This document shows positions 1 to 15,172 of a DNA stretch of 64,000 nucleotides, piece after piece. The notes beneath the pieces were generated by a model. That model did not search any database. It was not told the origin of the DNA and worked only from the letters and a program-made list of their open reading frames with translations. Within the stretch, counting starts at the first letter, position 1, and each line of letters opens with the position of its first letter. Source of the DNA: Octopus vulgaris (lineage: Eukaryota). Made by a program: the position numbers and the translations under genes. The stretch is taken from assembly GCA_951406725.2 (NCBI GenBank), contig OX597821.1, positions 28,768,001 to 28,832,000 on the forward strand. Direction: 5' to 3'.

Positions 1-130
1 CATAGCTACTTGATCATATGGTGTGGATTGTTCGATTATTTTCCACTTCATCGTATATGGTGTTGCGTTCGATTTCAAACTCCATAGGTGGCTAACCAAA
101 CATATAGCTCTGCTTTTGTCCCTGTGTCGG
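1..130 (-). mobile_element. Penelope-like element GIY-YIG endonuclease C-terminal fragment (runs off the window edge)
   Basis: Minus-strand translation RHRDKSRAICLVSHLWSLKSNATPYTMKWKIIEQSTPYDQVA resembles the PLE GIY-YIG tail (FRH...LSxxIWxLK...YxIKWKII...PY). Confidence 0.6.
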
Positions 131-697
131 ACACAGATCTAAGAACTCTAACTCCGAAATTTTCAGCAGATGTAGCATGTGCCTATGTCCTTGTTGAAGA
201 AGTGGGAAACATCTCCTACATCGGATTAAATTACTGTATCATAGGCTCTAAGCGACTCTCATTTCTAAGGGAAATAAATCTTATTCCCCTTTGTTTCTTT
301 CTAATTATTTATTTTTTTCGTTTTTCCAACAATCTACTTTTTATATATACTTCTTACTCAGCTTTGCTCGCTTATTCTCTCATCGTATTGTTAGTTCATT
401 ATGTCCGGAGGGCAGTGTCTGATGATTGTGGCGGGACACATTTTATAAAAGCAATGTTTGGCATGTTGTCAGCACATGAATCTAATAGTAACACAAAAAA
501 TATATATCGTATTTATCAAATTATATATATATATATATATAGATAGATAGATAGATAGATAGATAGACAGATAGATAGATAGATATGCACACATACATAC
601 ATACACACAAACATATGTATATACATATATATATGGTGGGGGGTCATGTACGTGTACTAGAAAGTATTATACTCGCACACACGCGTATATATATGTA

Positions 698-739
<42 letters not shown>

Positions 740-842
740 TATATTTATATTCATATATATATATATACATGTGTATTTATATTCAAATACATACATACAT
801 CCCCTTTTGTATTTTATATATATGTATATATATATAGATATG

Positions 843-899
<57 letters not shown>

Positions 900-1280
900 C
901 TTTGAAAAGCATTGCCAGACGAATTCCTATATATTCTTTGTAGAGACCACGACAGATTTTTCACATAACCATATATTTTCTAAATGCTTTGCACACAGTC
1001 AGTATTGTAGTATTATTTTGATGAAAATGTAAAAGTAGATGTCGTATTAATATGGCTAAAGCTAAAACGGCACATCAATTCATCGCCATTTAGCCGCCAC
1101 TCATCAAAAGAGTTAAAAGACCTCATTTACATATTGCGTTCTGTTCTTGTCCGAACTTTCAATATCTGTTCAATCAAAAATAAGTATATAAATACGGCTG
1201 TATTAATACACACCCCTACGCATGCGCGAAATGCACACACAGAAATATACATACATAGATACATATGCGCCTAAATAAAT

Positions 1281-1487
<207 letters not shown>

Positions 1488-2076
1488 TATAGTTATGTAT
1501 GTATTTATGTATGGATGTATGTATATATATATATATCTTGAACAAAGCAAAATAACAACCAAACGTTAAAAAGAAACACGAAAGCAGTTCCACTAAAGAT
1601 ATAACAAAAAATAACTTGAAGATTATCAAAAAACTGTATTATACATTATAAGACTAGAGACTAAAGGAGAGGAGATGAATGTGAAACAGAGATAGAGAGA
1701 GAGAGAGAGAATAAAGAGAGAGAAACGAGAGAGAGGGAGAGAATATATTCAGAGACACTAATTGGCGAATAACACAAACTGTCATAGACCTATAATGTAG
1801 AAAGCATTTCTGCTATCAAAGTAACCAAAATACACATTCAACCACCATTAAAAGTAACAACAACAACAGCTGCAGCAGCAGAAGCAGCAACAACAGCAAC
1901 AATAACAATAAGAATATTTTATAGCGCTATCACATACGTAACCTTCCGCTTCGTTTTGATTATCATCGTCATCGTCGTCGTCAACTTCATCCTCATCATC
2001 CCTATAATTATCACTACTGCGGCTGCAGCTTCACCATTGTCGTTGTACTACTACTACTACTACTACTACTACTACA

Positions 2077-2138
<62 letters not shown>

Positions 2139-2361
2139 CAATAACAATAATAATAATAATAACTTTTTTTATTTAATTATTTATTTATTTATTTATTTTA
2201 TTTTAATTTTTAATTTTATTTTTATGTATTAGACATTCACTAGTACAACACCAAAAAAAACCCCAAATATATGGCACAGAACTTCCAACCTGTTGTCTCT
2301 TGAGGTCTCTGGGTGAGACTTGGAGCCAACTTGTACAGACATAAAGCAAAAGTCAAACATA

Positions 2362-2393
<32 letters not shown>

Positions 2394-2482
2394 GTAACAA
2401 TAATAATATTCATAACAATAACAACAACAACAACTACAACAACAACAACAGCGATGATAATAATGACTTCAAAAACTTGGAA

Positions 2483-2676
2483 CAAGGCCAGCATTTTTTT
2501 AGGGTGGAAGGGTTAAGTCGATTAAATCGATTCAGTTTTCAACTGGTGCTTGTTCTATTGCCCCACGAAACAATGAAAGGCAAATTCGTCGGAATTTTGA
2601 ACACAGAAAATAAATGAGAACGAAATGCCGCTAAGCTGTTCCCCCTGCGTGGGAACGATTCTACCAGCTCGCTGCC
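2483..2676 (-). mobile_element. Degenerate SINE, family C (GGCGGCGAGCTGGCAGAA head)
   Basis: The reverse complement aligns by eye to the younger copies at 36516 and 62674 (aatgaaaggcaaa...gattctaccagctcgctgcc). Confidence 0.75.
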
Positions 2677-2692
2677 TGAGTTGGATGCCTTC

Positions 2693-2998
<306 letters not shown>

Positions 2999-3490
2999 TT
3001 TCCAATTTTAGGTTCAAGCCCAGCAATTGTAAGGGAGAAGGCGAGCTTCCACTCCAGGGTCCAATGGTAGATATTTTATAATAACAGTGTCATAATCATT
3101 AGCATTGACGTTACCATCATAGACAACATTCTTTATTGTCGTTATGTCGTTGTCAATGTCACCATCATCATTATCATCATCGTCATCATTACAATCACCT
3201 ACCTCATCATGGTCTTCGTTATTGACATGCCCGTCCTTCTCACCTTACATCTTCAGATCGATCCCCGCTTCTCTCCTCATCGCTACCGTCATCATCTTCA
3301 CTCTCATTGCCCTCCGTGCATTCGACAATGATCTGGAACAACGACAATTTCTAAGCAATATTTCATTTCATAGGTTTTTCATTTTGTTTTATTATTTCTA
3401 TTAACATACACCAATGCTATTAAGCTTTATTAACTAATACTTCAACTAATATCTATTTTTCTTAACTAATATCTCTTATTGTGAACATAT

Positions 3491-3651
3491 GCGCAGGAGT
3501 GGCTGTGTGTTAAGTAGCTTGCTTATCAACCACTTCGTTTTGGGTTCAATCCCACTGCGTGGCACCTTGGGCAAGTACCTTATACTATAGCCTCGGGCCG
3601 ATCAAAACCTTGTGGGTAGATTTGATAAACGGAAACTGAAACAAGTCCGTC

Positions 3652-3696
<45 letters not shown>

Positions 3697-3865
3697 TACA
3701 TTTGTATGCCTGTGGTTGTCCCCACACCATCGCTCGACAACCAATGCTGGTGCGTTTACGTCCCCGTAACTTAGGCTTACAAAGAATAAGTCTTGGGGTC
3801 GATTTGTTCGACTAAAGGCGGTGCTCCAGCATGGCCACAGTCAAATAACTGAAATAAATAAGAGA
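3491..3865 (+). mobile_element. tRNA-derived SINE, family A (GCGCAGGAGTGGCTGTGTGGTAAG head, internal (TA)n)
   Basis: Pol III A-box-like TGGCTGTGTG and B-box GGTTCAATCC. Homologous to the copies at 16126, 16832, 33758, 40305 and 44924. Confidence 0.9.
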
Positions 3866-3889
3866 ATCAGAGAATAATCATTATTATGT

Positions 3890-4920
3890 TCTATATCATC
3901 ATTGTCGTCGTCATCATCATCATCATTATCATCATCAACAACAACACTTATTTAATTATCAATAACCCAACAATAGTGGCGAAAACAGAGCTGATGATGA
4001 TCGTGACGTGGGCAATGACGATAATTACTGTGATGGTGACCAGGACTTTCATAATGAGGAAAATATTGAAAATGAGGAACGTCGCAATCATGATGATAGA
4101 GATGATGATAATGATGCTCATGATGGTCATCGTACTCAAAATCCTGATCACGATAAGATAACGATAAAGGACAAGATGATAATGATGATGAAGATGATGA
4201 TGGTTTTGATGGTGGTGTTGGTTGTCATGTTCGTGGGCGTGGTCGTGTTCTTGGTGGCCGCGGTAGGGTAGTGATGGTAGCGGTGGTGGCGTAGGTTGTG
4301 GTGGTGGTTCTGATGGTGGCGGCGGCGGTGGAACTGATAATGATGATGATGATGATGATGATAGTTTGTGGTGGTGATAGTGATGGTGGTGGTGGTCGTC
4401 GTCATGTTCATGGTTGTGGTGGTAGTAGTGGTGGTGGTGGTCATAATCGTGGTGGTCGTAGTAGGTGTAGTAATGGTAGTGGTAGTGGCGTAGGTTGTAG
4501 TATTGGTGGTGATGGTCGCCTTCGTGGCGGTGGGACTGATTTTGATGAGGAAGATGATTAAGATAATGATGAACATGATGATGATGTTGATGATGGTGGT
4601 GGTGGTGGTGTGGGGTTGGTGGTTGTGGTGGTGGTAGTGGTGGTGCCGGCAGTGGCACTGCTGATAATAACGTTGATTATTTTGATGACGATGATGATGA
4701 TGATGATGCGGATAGCGACGAACATGTCCCTAACAGTAATGATATTTATGATGATGATGACACTCATGGTGACAAAAAACGGCGACAAAAACGGCGAAGA
4801 TGACGTTCATTTTGCAGATGGAAACGAAGTACAGAAGAAAGAAAAGGGGGAGGAGGCGGAGGAGAAGACAGAAGGAGGGGGGTCTTGATGACGATGATGG
4901 TGGTCGACGTCAATACTTCA
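3890..4920. repeat. Low-complexity ATG/GTG/CAT trinucleotide region
   Basis: Mixed degenerate triplet repeats that give poly-H, poly-M and poly-V ORFs in several frames. Confidence 0.9.
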
Positions 4921-5488
4921 ACAAGCAGACGACTGCCTCTACGACATCTCTTAGACGTCACCATCACCAAGACGAACTACTACCACCGCCAACAGCAGCA
5001 CTGTCTTTATTGCGTATTCTCAATAACAAACAGTAGTAACAACAAGACAATAACACAGAGAATATTTTCTTTTTCTATTTAAAGAAAAAAAAAAGCGACA
5101 TGGAGATTTCACACAGAATACTCATGAGGGGATAAAAAATATAACGAAACGAAAAAATACTAAATCACCATTTTGTTTTTACATATAAGTAAAAACGCAT
5201 ATATACATATATATATATATATATATTGTTTATCTATTTCCTGTTTTTCACCACTAACGTGCTAGGTAACTCAAGGGAAAAATGGCGCTTCCACTTTATC
5301 ATAGCAATTCTATTTTTTAATAACATTTCTGGGTTTTGTTTCTTATACGTTTTTTTCTCCTTAAATGGCTCGAAGTTTAAGATGTAAACATGATATGAGA
5401 TTTATTTTGTCAACATAAGTTTTATTACTTAGCTTGATATGTATGTTGCTGTTCTTTACACACACACATGTTGTGCATGTATGTGTAC

Positions 5489-5523
<35 letters not shown>

Positions 5524-5695
5524 TATTTATATATACAAATAATTATATAAGCTTGTGGGTATATATATGCATGTATGTATGTATATATATATGTATATGC
5601 GTTTGCATAAATATATTTATATATATACCTATACATACATAATTATATATACATATATATACATATTTATACGTATATATATATGCATATATAAG

Positions 5696-5735
<40 letters not shown>

Positions 5736-5749
5736 CATATATATGTGTG

Positions 5750-5783
<34 letters not shown>

Positions 5784-6386
5784 TAGAATGATAGATTTAT
5801 CTCTATCTTTATCATATATACAATTTTAAGAAATGTATATGTATAATATGACATACAGGCATGTGTACGATTATATTTCTGTTGCATACATCCATATGTA
5901 AATATATGTATGCATACATACACAGACACACATATATAAATACTCATACACACAAGTATGCATAAAAATATGTCTGTATATGTATGTATATCTAAGCATG
6001 TAAACAGATACAAGAATGTATGCAGTTTGTGCACCATCAAACACCATGTTACATATAATCACTCACAATCACTGTAACTAATGCCAATATATGTAGGAAT
6101 ATTACCTAAATACAGAAATATACGCTCTTAATACTTTTTACATTTAGTTTAGCTGCATTGTTTTTTCTTAATGGTTTATTTTTTACTAAGAATATTGCCT
6201 AAAAGAAAACCAAACAGAAAAGTACTGCGTAAGCATTTGAGAGGCACACAAAAAAGGCAGACACGTATTTCTGCTTGTAGACGTACACACAAACGTACGC
6301 ATGAGCTTATGTATGTATGTATGTATGCGTGTTTGTACATATATACGCAGATATACCCATTATCATACATGTATATATGTGTTTGC

Positions 6387-6419
<33 letters not shown>

Positions 6420-6454
6420 CGTAGATATATAAATATGCATGTAGGTATGTATGC

Positions 6455-6515
<61 letters not shown>

Positions 6516-8417
6516 AAGAAACAATATACACAGACAGATATTGCTGAACATAAGTATGTGCCTGCTGAGATACCGCGTAAAAAATTTATGATATATTAAT
6601 GTATATATTTCTTATATACATTATGTAAATGTGTTTTTATATATGAAATCACTAGACATAGATCAATGCATATATGTGTGTGGGGGGGTATGCTATGGCG
6701 GAGGGCATTTGTTCTTGTTATCTTGTTTTCACGTGTGATAACGTGTGTTCGATCACATAATGTTTATAATATCCTCCCGCCTCGCTGTCAAGCTATTTAT
6801 CATTTTCACACGTAAAACTAAAAGAATAACCAAAGGAGTAGTATTGCCAAAGATACTGGGATCATGAGATATCATCTATTGAACTCTCGTATAAACTGGC
6901 ATTGATCTACTCTAATCCTCATTCAACGACTCACAGAGTGTAAATTTTGACAATGGTTAAGAGGATAAAATCGTTTAAGTCACCATACAGCGAACAAATA
7001 TATACCATATATTGTGTAGTTTACCCCAAACAAGCAGATATTATCAGCGTCTAGAATCAAATGATATATGTGTATGCATGCACATGTGTTTATGTGTTAC
7101 GTATGCATGAAACGTATTTTCTAATATTTTTCAGGCTAAGTAGCGATTTTCAAAAGCGCTGCTTCTGATTGACTAAAGCTTGGGCTGTTTGAATTATTCC
7201 GGCCAGAACAGTAAGTTAGGCACTTTGCTAGTTCTCATATTAAATCTTTAATATTTTGACGTCTGTGTCAAAATGTAATGCTTTTTTTACTCACATTGTC
7301 TTGAATTGTTGATGCATTAGTTTGCAGCATTGAGATTTCAATGATGGGATTGTTTATTTCTAGAATAATATTGTACGCTAAGTGTGAGAGGCTAAATCTG
7401 GCTAGTCTGAAGATAAAGCGGGGAGAACCTTTTACCCGAGTGTAGCCAGTTGAAATGCTAATGGGATGTGAGATACAAAATAGCAAGTACTACATATTTG
7501 CATAGCCGATTGATGGAATGCCGCGGGCAACATACTGAGTTCGGTTCCTCTTCCCACCTTTTTCTATTATTATTCTCTCTCCTCTCTCTTCCCCCATCTC
7601 TCTAGTTATATCTGTCTTTCTATATTTCTCTCTTTATTGCAGCCGAGGTACAAGGTTTGTGGTTGGCCACTTACAGCCTAACTTTCTGCAGAATTTGGAA
7701 ATGTTTGGTTGACACTTTGGAAAAAAAGTATTCTCCTAAAACAAAATTACATTATAATGAAGCCAATCCAGGAAAAATCGACATGTGGTGCATCATGAAT
7801 AATATAACCATTCTTTTAAAAGGCCAAGAAGCTTTAAGCTAATCATTGCTTCATGTTTTACTGTTTCCTTAGTTTTATGTTAATTGGCATTTTTCACTGT
7901 TACTCATTTTTTGCTTTCTTAAACACGATGTTTTGAATTTGACATTGATCCCTTCCATGGGTCGAAGTGGAAAAGTAAAAGGAGATATTTGGATATAGAA
8001 TAAATCTCCGGCACATCATCCCAGTAGCTTACGTAACTGGAATTATATCGAAAAAAAAAGAGCTCAATATTTTATTGCAAAGACTCCCTACTACAAGAAA
8101 TACATTAAGGGATTAATACAGATTTTCATGAATATTGTATGATCAGATAGTTTAACCTCACACAGAGTTGTTCTTGCCGTTCACAGGTCAAAATATTTCT
8201 AAGCACGAATCGGTGTTTCCATAAAAACTGCCGATCCCTTTCCTTTCGGTTTCCTTTATTGTTACATTAATGGAGTCAGTCATCTATCAAACAATGTAAT
8301 CGTCAAAGGAAATCCAATATATATACGCGTGCATTTCCATTTATGTATTTACTTTGGGTATATATGTGCGCAGGTATAAACGTCCATATGTATATTGCAA
8401 TATACATATATATATAC

Positions 8418-8502
<85 letters not shown>

Positions 8503-8606
8503 CATACACATACATATATAAATATGTATTTATATATACACACATATGCATATAAGAATGTATATATGAATGTATAAAAAATTACATATACACATATATG
8601 CACGTG

Positions 8607-8678
<72 letters not shown>

Positions 8679-8683
8679 TATGC

Positions 8684-8749
<66 letters not shown>

Positions 8750-9383
8750 GTGTATCTGCATGCGTGTATGTGTATGAGTGTACAATTCTACCCGTATATA
8801 TGCGGTGTACATGTAAAGGATTCTACACATGGTAGAGTGTGTGTAGACACACGTATATGTACATAGATATATGTAATGCAAAATATGCGGCCTCATGTGT
8901 GAGTGGGTGTATGTATACAATTACGCATATATACACACATGTGAGAATGTATAAAGGTATGTGTGACATGTGCTTAAGTTTGCCAGCCTTTGCGGACTTC
9001 TTCCAGATGTAAGGAACAGCGGAGATTGATATGATATGTTACTTGTCTGAAATAGAAGAAATATGCATTAATATAATCTACAGAGAAAGTTGAACCCGCA
9101 TAAAAATATTTGACTCCAAACACCTATTTCAGCGCTTTTATTCTTGTTTATTTTTTAATGTTTATTTTGTTTTTGTTTATGGGACCATTTCAAATCTCTC
9201 AGAAGAGAAAGTTGAAGTTATAACAGTAGACATCGAGGTGATCATTCATATAAAACGTCAAACATGACTACACATACACACATACATAATACATACATAC
9301 GTGCATGCATACATGCATACATACATACATACATACATACATACATACATACACACATACATACATACATACATATATATACA

Positions 9384-9423
<40 letters not shown>

Positions 9424-9620
9424 TACCTATATATATATACATATATATATATATATGGCAAATGAAAAATAGAAGATGGAACGTATGAGAATTTATTATT
9501 CATCACGATTTATATGTATATATATATACACACATATTTATGTATGTATGTATACATAAATATGTGTCTGTGTGTATATATATATATATATATTTATATA
9601 ATTTATATATATATGTATTA

Positions 9621-9975
9621 TATAAAATTATAATTTAGGGTATCTAAGAGATACCACCACGCTGGAAATAGCAGTCAAAATTTGACTCTAAAACCACATT
9701 AAATGTTCGTACAGCACAAAGAGAGAAGACAATGAGACAAATAAACTAGTAATTTTTTTTTATGCTAGTTTATTTTGTCTCTTTGTCATCTTCCTGGTAC
9801 TGTATGAACATCTAATGTGGTTTCTGAGTCAAGTTTTGACTGCTATTTCCAGCGTGGTGGTTTCACTTAGATACCCTAAATTATAATTTGAAATAATTAT
9901 TACCTTTGAAAGGTTTTTATTCCCATTCTGGCCACCTAGATAAGATCGGTATTTAAATATCGATCTTATCCTTAT
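9621..9975 (-). repeat. Foldback element: about 125-bp inverted arms (9625-9749 / 9765-9889) plus a terminal hairpin module, set in (TA)n
   Basis: The arms are reverse complements with scattered mismatches. A short palindrome GATAAGATCG...CGATCTTATC lies at about 9939-9970. Confidence 0.85.
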
Positions 9976-10004
9976 TTATATAAATTTATATATATATAAG
10001 TATT

Positions 10005-10205
10005 CGTGCGTCTGTGTTTGTACCCCCACCATCGCTTGACACCAATTTTCGTGTGTTTACGTCATCGTAAATTAGTGGTTCGGCAAAAGGGACTGATAAA
10101 TTACTGGGATTAGAGAGAATACGTTCTAGGGTCGATTTGTTCAACTAAAAGCGGTGCTCCAGCAATATTGGCAGTCAAATGACTAAAACAAATACAAGAA
10201 TCAAA
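10005..10205 (+). mobile_element. SINE family A, 3' half
   Basis: ccatcgcttgac...gcggtgctccagca...cagtcaaatgactaaaaca matches the family A 3' half. Confidence 0.85.
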
Positions 10206-10636
10206 GAATAGTATTTATATATACATTTGTTCGTGATTAAGTGTACATACATGATTATGTGTATGTGTATACATATATGCGCGTGTGTATGTATATATAT
10301 ATATATGTTATATATATCTATGTATATATATAGGTGTGTATTTTTGTTTGTATATGAGTGTGTATGTATGTACGTATCTATGTATGAAGGCATGCGTATA
10401 TATGCACAAATCCGCATGTCTACAAGAGTGTGTCTGAGAGTTCCACTTGTATAGACAACATGCATATACATATGTATATATATGTGTGTGTCTTGTGTGT
10501 ATGCAAATATATTGCAGCATGAATTCTTGTATATCGCACACATACGCAACGATGTACATGCGCATACGCACTCATACACACATAAACGTGACGAACGCAT
10601 ACACACACAAACTCATGTACGTCCACGTATAATTTG

Positions 10637-10677
<41 letters not shown>

Positions 10678-10700
10678 ATCAATGTCTATCTATATATATG

Positions 10701-10762
<62 letters not shown>

Positions 10763-10789
10763 TATATAAACATAGATATATCTATATCA

Positions 10790-11240
10790 ATATCTATAAA
10801 GCTGAAATGCGAAAAAGTAGTTCGTCTCATTTTGGGATGGGAACTGTTTAAGGGCCTGTAGATCGGGTCGGATTGGCGCCAAAATTTACAGGAACATGTA
10901 AAAAGAAGCGACGAAACGGCTGAACTTGGTTAAAAAACCATATATCAAAAACTATGGTTACTAGGGCAACAATACCCAGACTTTGACAAGTGTTTGTCGT
11001 TTCTCACTTTCGGATATCACGCTGTCTTCCTCGATCTCTCTCTTTCCTTGCTTCTTTCCAATTTCTCTCTATAACGACGTTTGAAACCTTCCACTCTAAT
11101 TCCATCCCCGCCTTCACGTCTCTCTGTCACTCTTCCACCACCTCTCTCACTGTACGTCTGTCTCTATCTATAGAGAGAAAGCGTTGACAGCCGCAAAAAT
11201 TTAAATATTCCCGCCACAGGTCTTTTAGAACGGTGAATTA
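10790..11240 (+). mobile_element. Helitron-like non-autonomous element (copy 1)
   Basis: Starts TCTATAAAGCTGAAATGCG and shares about 110 bp of 5' end with 11355. No TIR or TSD. The TC...TATAAAGCTGAA start resembles invertebrate Helitron 5' ends (from recall). Confidence 0.45.
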
Positions 11241-11244
11241 TTAA

Positions 11245-11284
<40 letters not shown>

Positions 11285-11292
11285 GTGTGTAC

Positions 11293-11354
<62 letters not shown>

Positions 11355-11364
<10 letters not shown>

Positions 11365-12176
11365 CTGAAATGCGAAAAAGTTGTTTGATTTCTTGGTTAT
11401 TTGTCTCATTTTGGGACGGGAACCGTTTAAGGAGTGGCAGATGGGGTCGGATTGGCGCCAAAATTTACATTGAGGAGTAAATTGGGGTGGGCAAGGTGTG
11501 AGGAGGGCTGAAGTTGCTTGGGGCTACCGTTTGGTTACCATGGTGAAGAATATGGGAAAAATTGAGTTTTATGAGATAGACAGTTTGCGCTGTTTGAATA
11601 ATGGTGGGTTTTCCTGTTGCTTCAGGGGCTAGAGGCGGCTATCTTTAAATCTAATCTATGAAATGAATACAAATTGGATCTTTATGTAAAAAGATGTCTA
11701 AATGGGGCTGGAAGGGGTAACTTGAGGTGAGAAATTGATTGGAAGACGTTTTGGGGCACTAGAGTTGTTCGTTTGGTGTGAAAACGGGGATTTTATTGAT
11801 TTTGGGGGACACTTGGGGATGTAGATTGGATACATTTTGCCCGATTTCAATAAAATTTTCAACATGGAAATTGGAAGAGGATTTGTAATTTAAGCGCGGA
11901 AAATGGGTTCGACATTTTGAAAATTAAGGTAAGACTTTGAAAGTTAAGGTAAGTTGAAAGAAATTTCTCATTTTTACGTATGTTTGCCTTTTATTTTTCA
12001 TTGTTTACAGTTTTCATTTCTTCTGAAAGAAAGTTGCCGCTGCATGTAGCCCCCGTTTAGAGCTTTCATTTGCATGGTCAATCGTCGAAAAATTCCCATT
12101 TTTCCTTATTTTTAATCGCTCAAATAGTGGCGCGTACAAAAGGCAAGTGTGCTTTCCATTGTTACTGCCTAATATT
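11355..12176 (+). mobile_element. Helitron-like non-autonomous element (copy 2, different body)
   Basis: Same 5' segment (aaagctgaaatgcgaaaaag...ggattggcgccaaaatttaca), then diverges from copy 1. Confidence 0.45.
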
Positions 12177-12373
12177 TAAAGCTCCATGAGGCTCCGGCAG
12201 CGGGGTGGCGATCCCTGCTGTACTCTTTCACCGCAAGTTTCTCTCGTTTTTTTTTGTGTTAGCATCTTCGCTTACCCAGCGGGGTGGTGTCATCTGAAGG
12301 CTAAAACAATGCGAAGCGCATTGTGACCAGCGATGTGTAGCAACATCTGATAGCCTGGTCGATCACGTGTCCT

Positions 12374-12379
<6 letters not shown>
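12177..12379 (+). mobile_element. SINE family B2, 5'-truncated
   Basis: AAAGCTCC...GGCTCCGGCAG core plus the GCTAAAACAATGCGAAGCGCATTGTGACCAGCG tail, as in 30634-30944. Confidence 0.85.
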
Positions 12380-12415
<36 letters not shown>

Positions 12416-12706
12416 GCATAATTGCGTGTGAAAATGCATATTTGTGTGTTCCAAGCAAAAGTGCGAAAATAAGAATTAATGTGAAGAAATAAACTGATGT
12501 TATATACAGATATTTGTTTATATATTTAGTCCTATATATTATTATAGATACGTGTGGAAATATGCACGCATTTGTTTTTTATGGATGCAAGTATATAGAT
12601 AAATACCTACAAACACACATACATGTATACATACATACATACACATCACGCACATATATATTTTTCTATACATAAATATGGAAGTTTGTGTGTATAATTA
12701 TGTGTG

Positions 12707-12744
<38 letters not shown>

Positions 12745-12787
12745 AATATATAAATAGGTACATATATATATATATATATACCTTATA

Positions 12788-12818
<31 letters not shown>

Positions 12819-14087
12819 TCAAATATATAAATAGGTACATATATATATACCTTATATATATGTGTGTGTATATATATATATATATATATGGCATATAAAG
12901 GCCCCATTTTCATTAAAAAAGAGTGGTTCAAAGGAAACACCTTACCTTAATTATGGCTTTCATGCTGTCAGGCAAAAATTTAACATCGTTAACCTGAAAA
13001 GATTTATGAAAGAGGACATGAAAAACACAGTGCACGCGCACATACGCATGCACACATACGCACACACATTTATACACACACATTCGCACACACACACACA
13101 CGTACACATGAGGCCACACTCACACAGACTCACGCATACATGCGGACGTACATGTGAATACACAAAAATACTCATGGCATATTAGTGGCGCGGGATAGAC
13201 GTTCAAGAAGTGTCCAGTAAAGACATAACAGTCGATACAGTGTTTGAGAAACAAAGAGAGAAAGAGAGCGAGAGAGAGAGAGAGAGATAACCAAAATAGA
13301 GGATAGGACAAAGGAAGAAAGTGAGAGAGAGAGAGGAAAAGGAACAGAGCGATGAGTGTTACACAAATTGCAACATAGCAAGAGAAAAATTATTGCCAGG
13401 AATCCGCAGTGAAGCTCTTCATAGATCGGCCTGAGGGAGCAGGCACGTTACCACTCTCGTTGTTTGTTGCACTGTTTATTACTAATCGAAAAATGGCTAA
13501 CCTTCATCAAAACGTGATAAAAATTGAATTGTAAAATACACTGTTAGTTCGTATGCTAGATATTTGCCGCCACCGAACTTCCTTTGACCGGTCGGTCAAT
13601 CTAAGAAGTGTAATAGGAATCAACGAACATCGACTGGCTATAAATTTTCTTATAGTAGCCTTTAAAGGATATTTTTACGTTCGTCAATACTGCATTTAAC
13701 TGCCTTTAGGGTATAAAAACCTAGACGTTCTTTGAAGTATTTAGATTTTTATCCGAAACGACTGATTAAATCAATCGAATGTAGTTAGATGTAGTGATTG
13801 AATGAATGAGAAAGGGAATAGAAAGAGACTTACAGAGAAACACATACATACACACACACATACACACACACTCATGGGTGTGTGTGTGTGTGTGTGTGTG
13901 TGTATTTTTATACAAAGAGAGGAAGACAGAGAAGAAGGTTGAAGGAGAAAATTAATAGAAGAGTGAATGTGAAGGTAGAACGGATGAGTGCTTGAAAGAA
14001 TGAGTAATGTATAATTATATTGCCAAATATGTGAGTGTGTGTTGTATCTGTGTGTGTGTATGCGTGCGTGTAGTATGTACGTATATA

Positions 14088-14166
<79 letters not shown>

Positions 14167-14676
14167 CTATGTCTGTCCTGTCTGCGTTTATGTATGTGTA
14201 TGTATAAATACATACACATGTACGTGTATGTGTATATATACATACATACATATGTATGTATGTATGTATGTACCTATGGGTGTACGTTTGTATGTATGTA
14301 TGAATGTATGTATGCTTGTATGTGTATATGTGTGTTTGTGTGTATGTGTGTACATTTGTATATGCTGCATTGTAATATTGAAAATAAACTGAGTACACAA
14401 TAGGGGATGGAAGCGTTAGAGCAATTCAGTACGTTGAATTATACTCAGCTTCCCTTGAATTATCCTCATCTTCTGGGTTTTCTGGGAATCGAGCTCGTCA
14501 ACTGGAATTCTTCAGTTCCATGTTCCTTCAAGCATCTGCGTAACGCTCATAAATTTGCTCTTCTAGCATAGTACCCAGTTTTGGGATGCTGTAGTGCCAT
14601 CAATGTATAAAAAAAGAAACATGTATGCGTATGTATAGACATATATCCATATAGCTATATGCACGCACATACATAT

Positions 14677-15172
<496 letters not shown>

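Noticed and set aside
3948-4658. 236-aa His/Pro-rich ORF
   Set aside because: It is degenerate CAT/CAC triplet repeat, open in several frames on both strands, with no domain or splice support.
7135-7216. Possible 76-nt exon (TTTTTCAG ... GTAAGT)
   Set aside because: All three frames contain stops. It could only be non-coding and cannot be supported from sequence alone.
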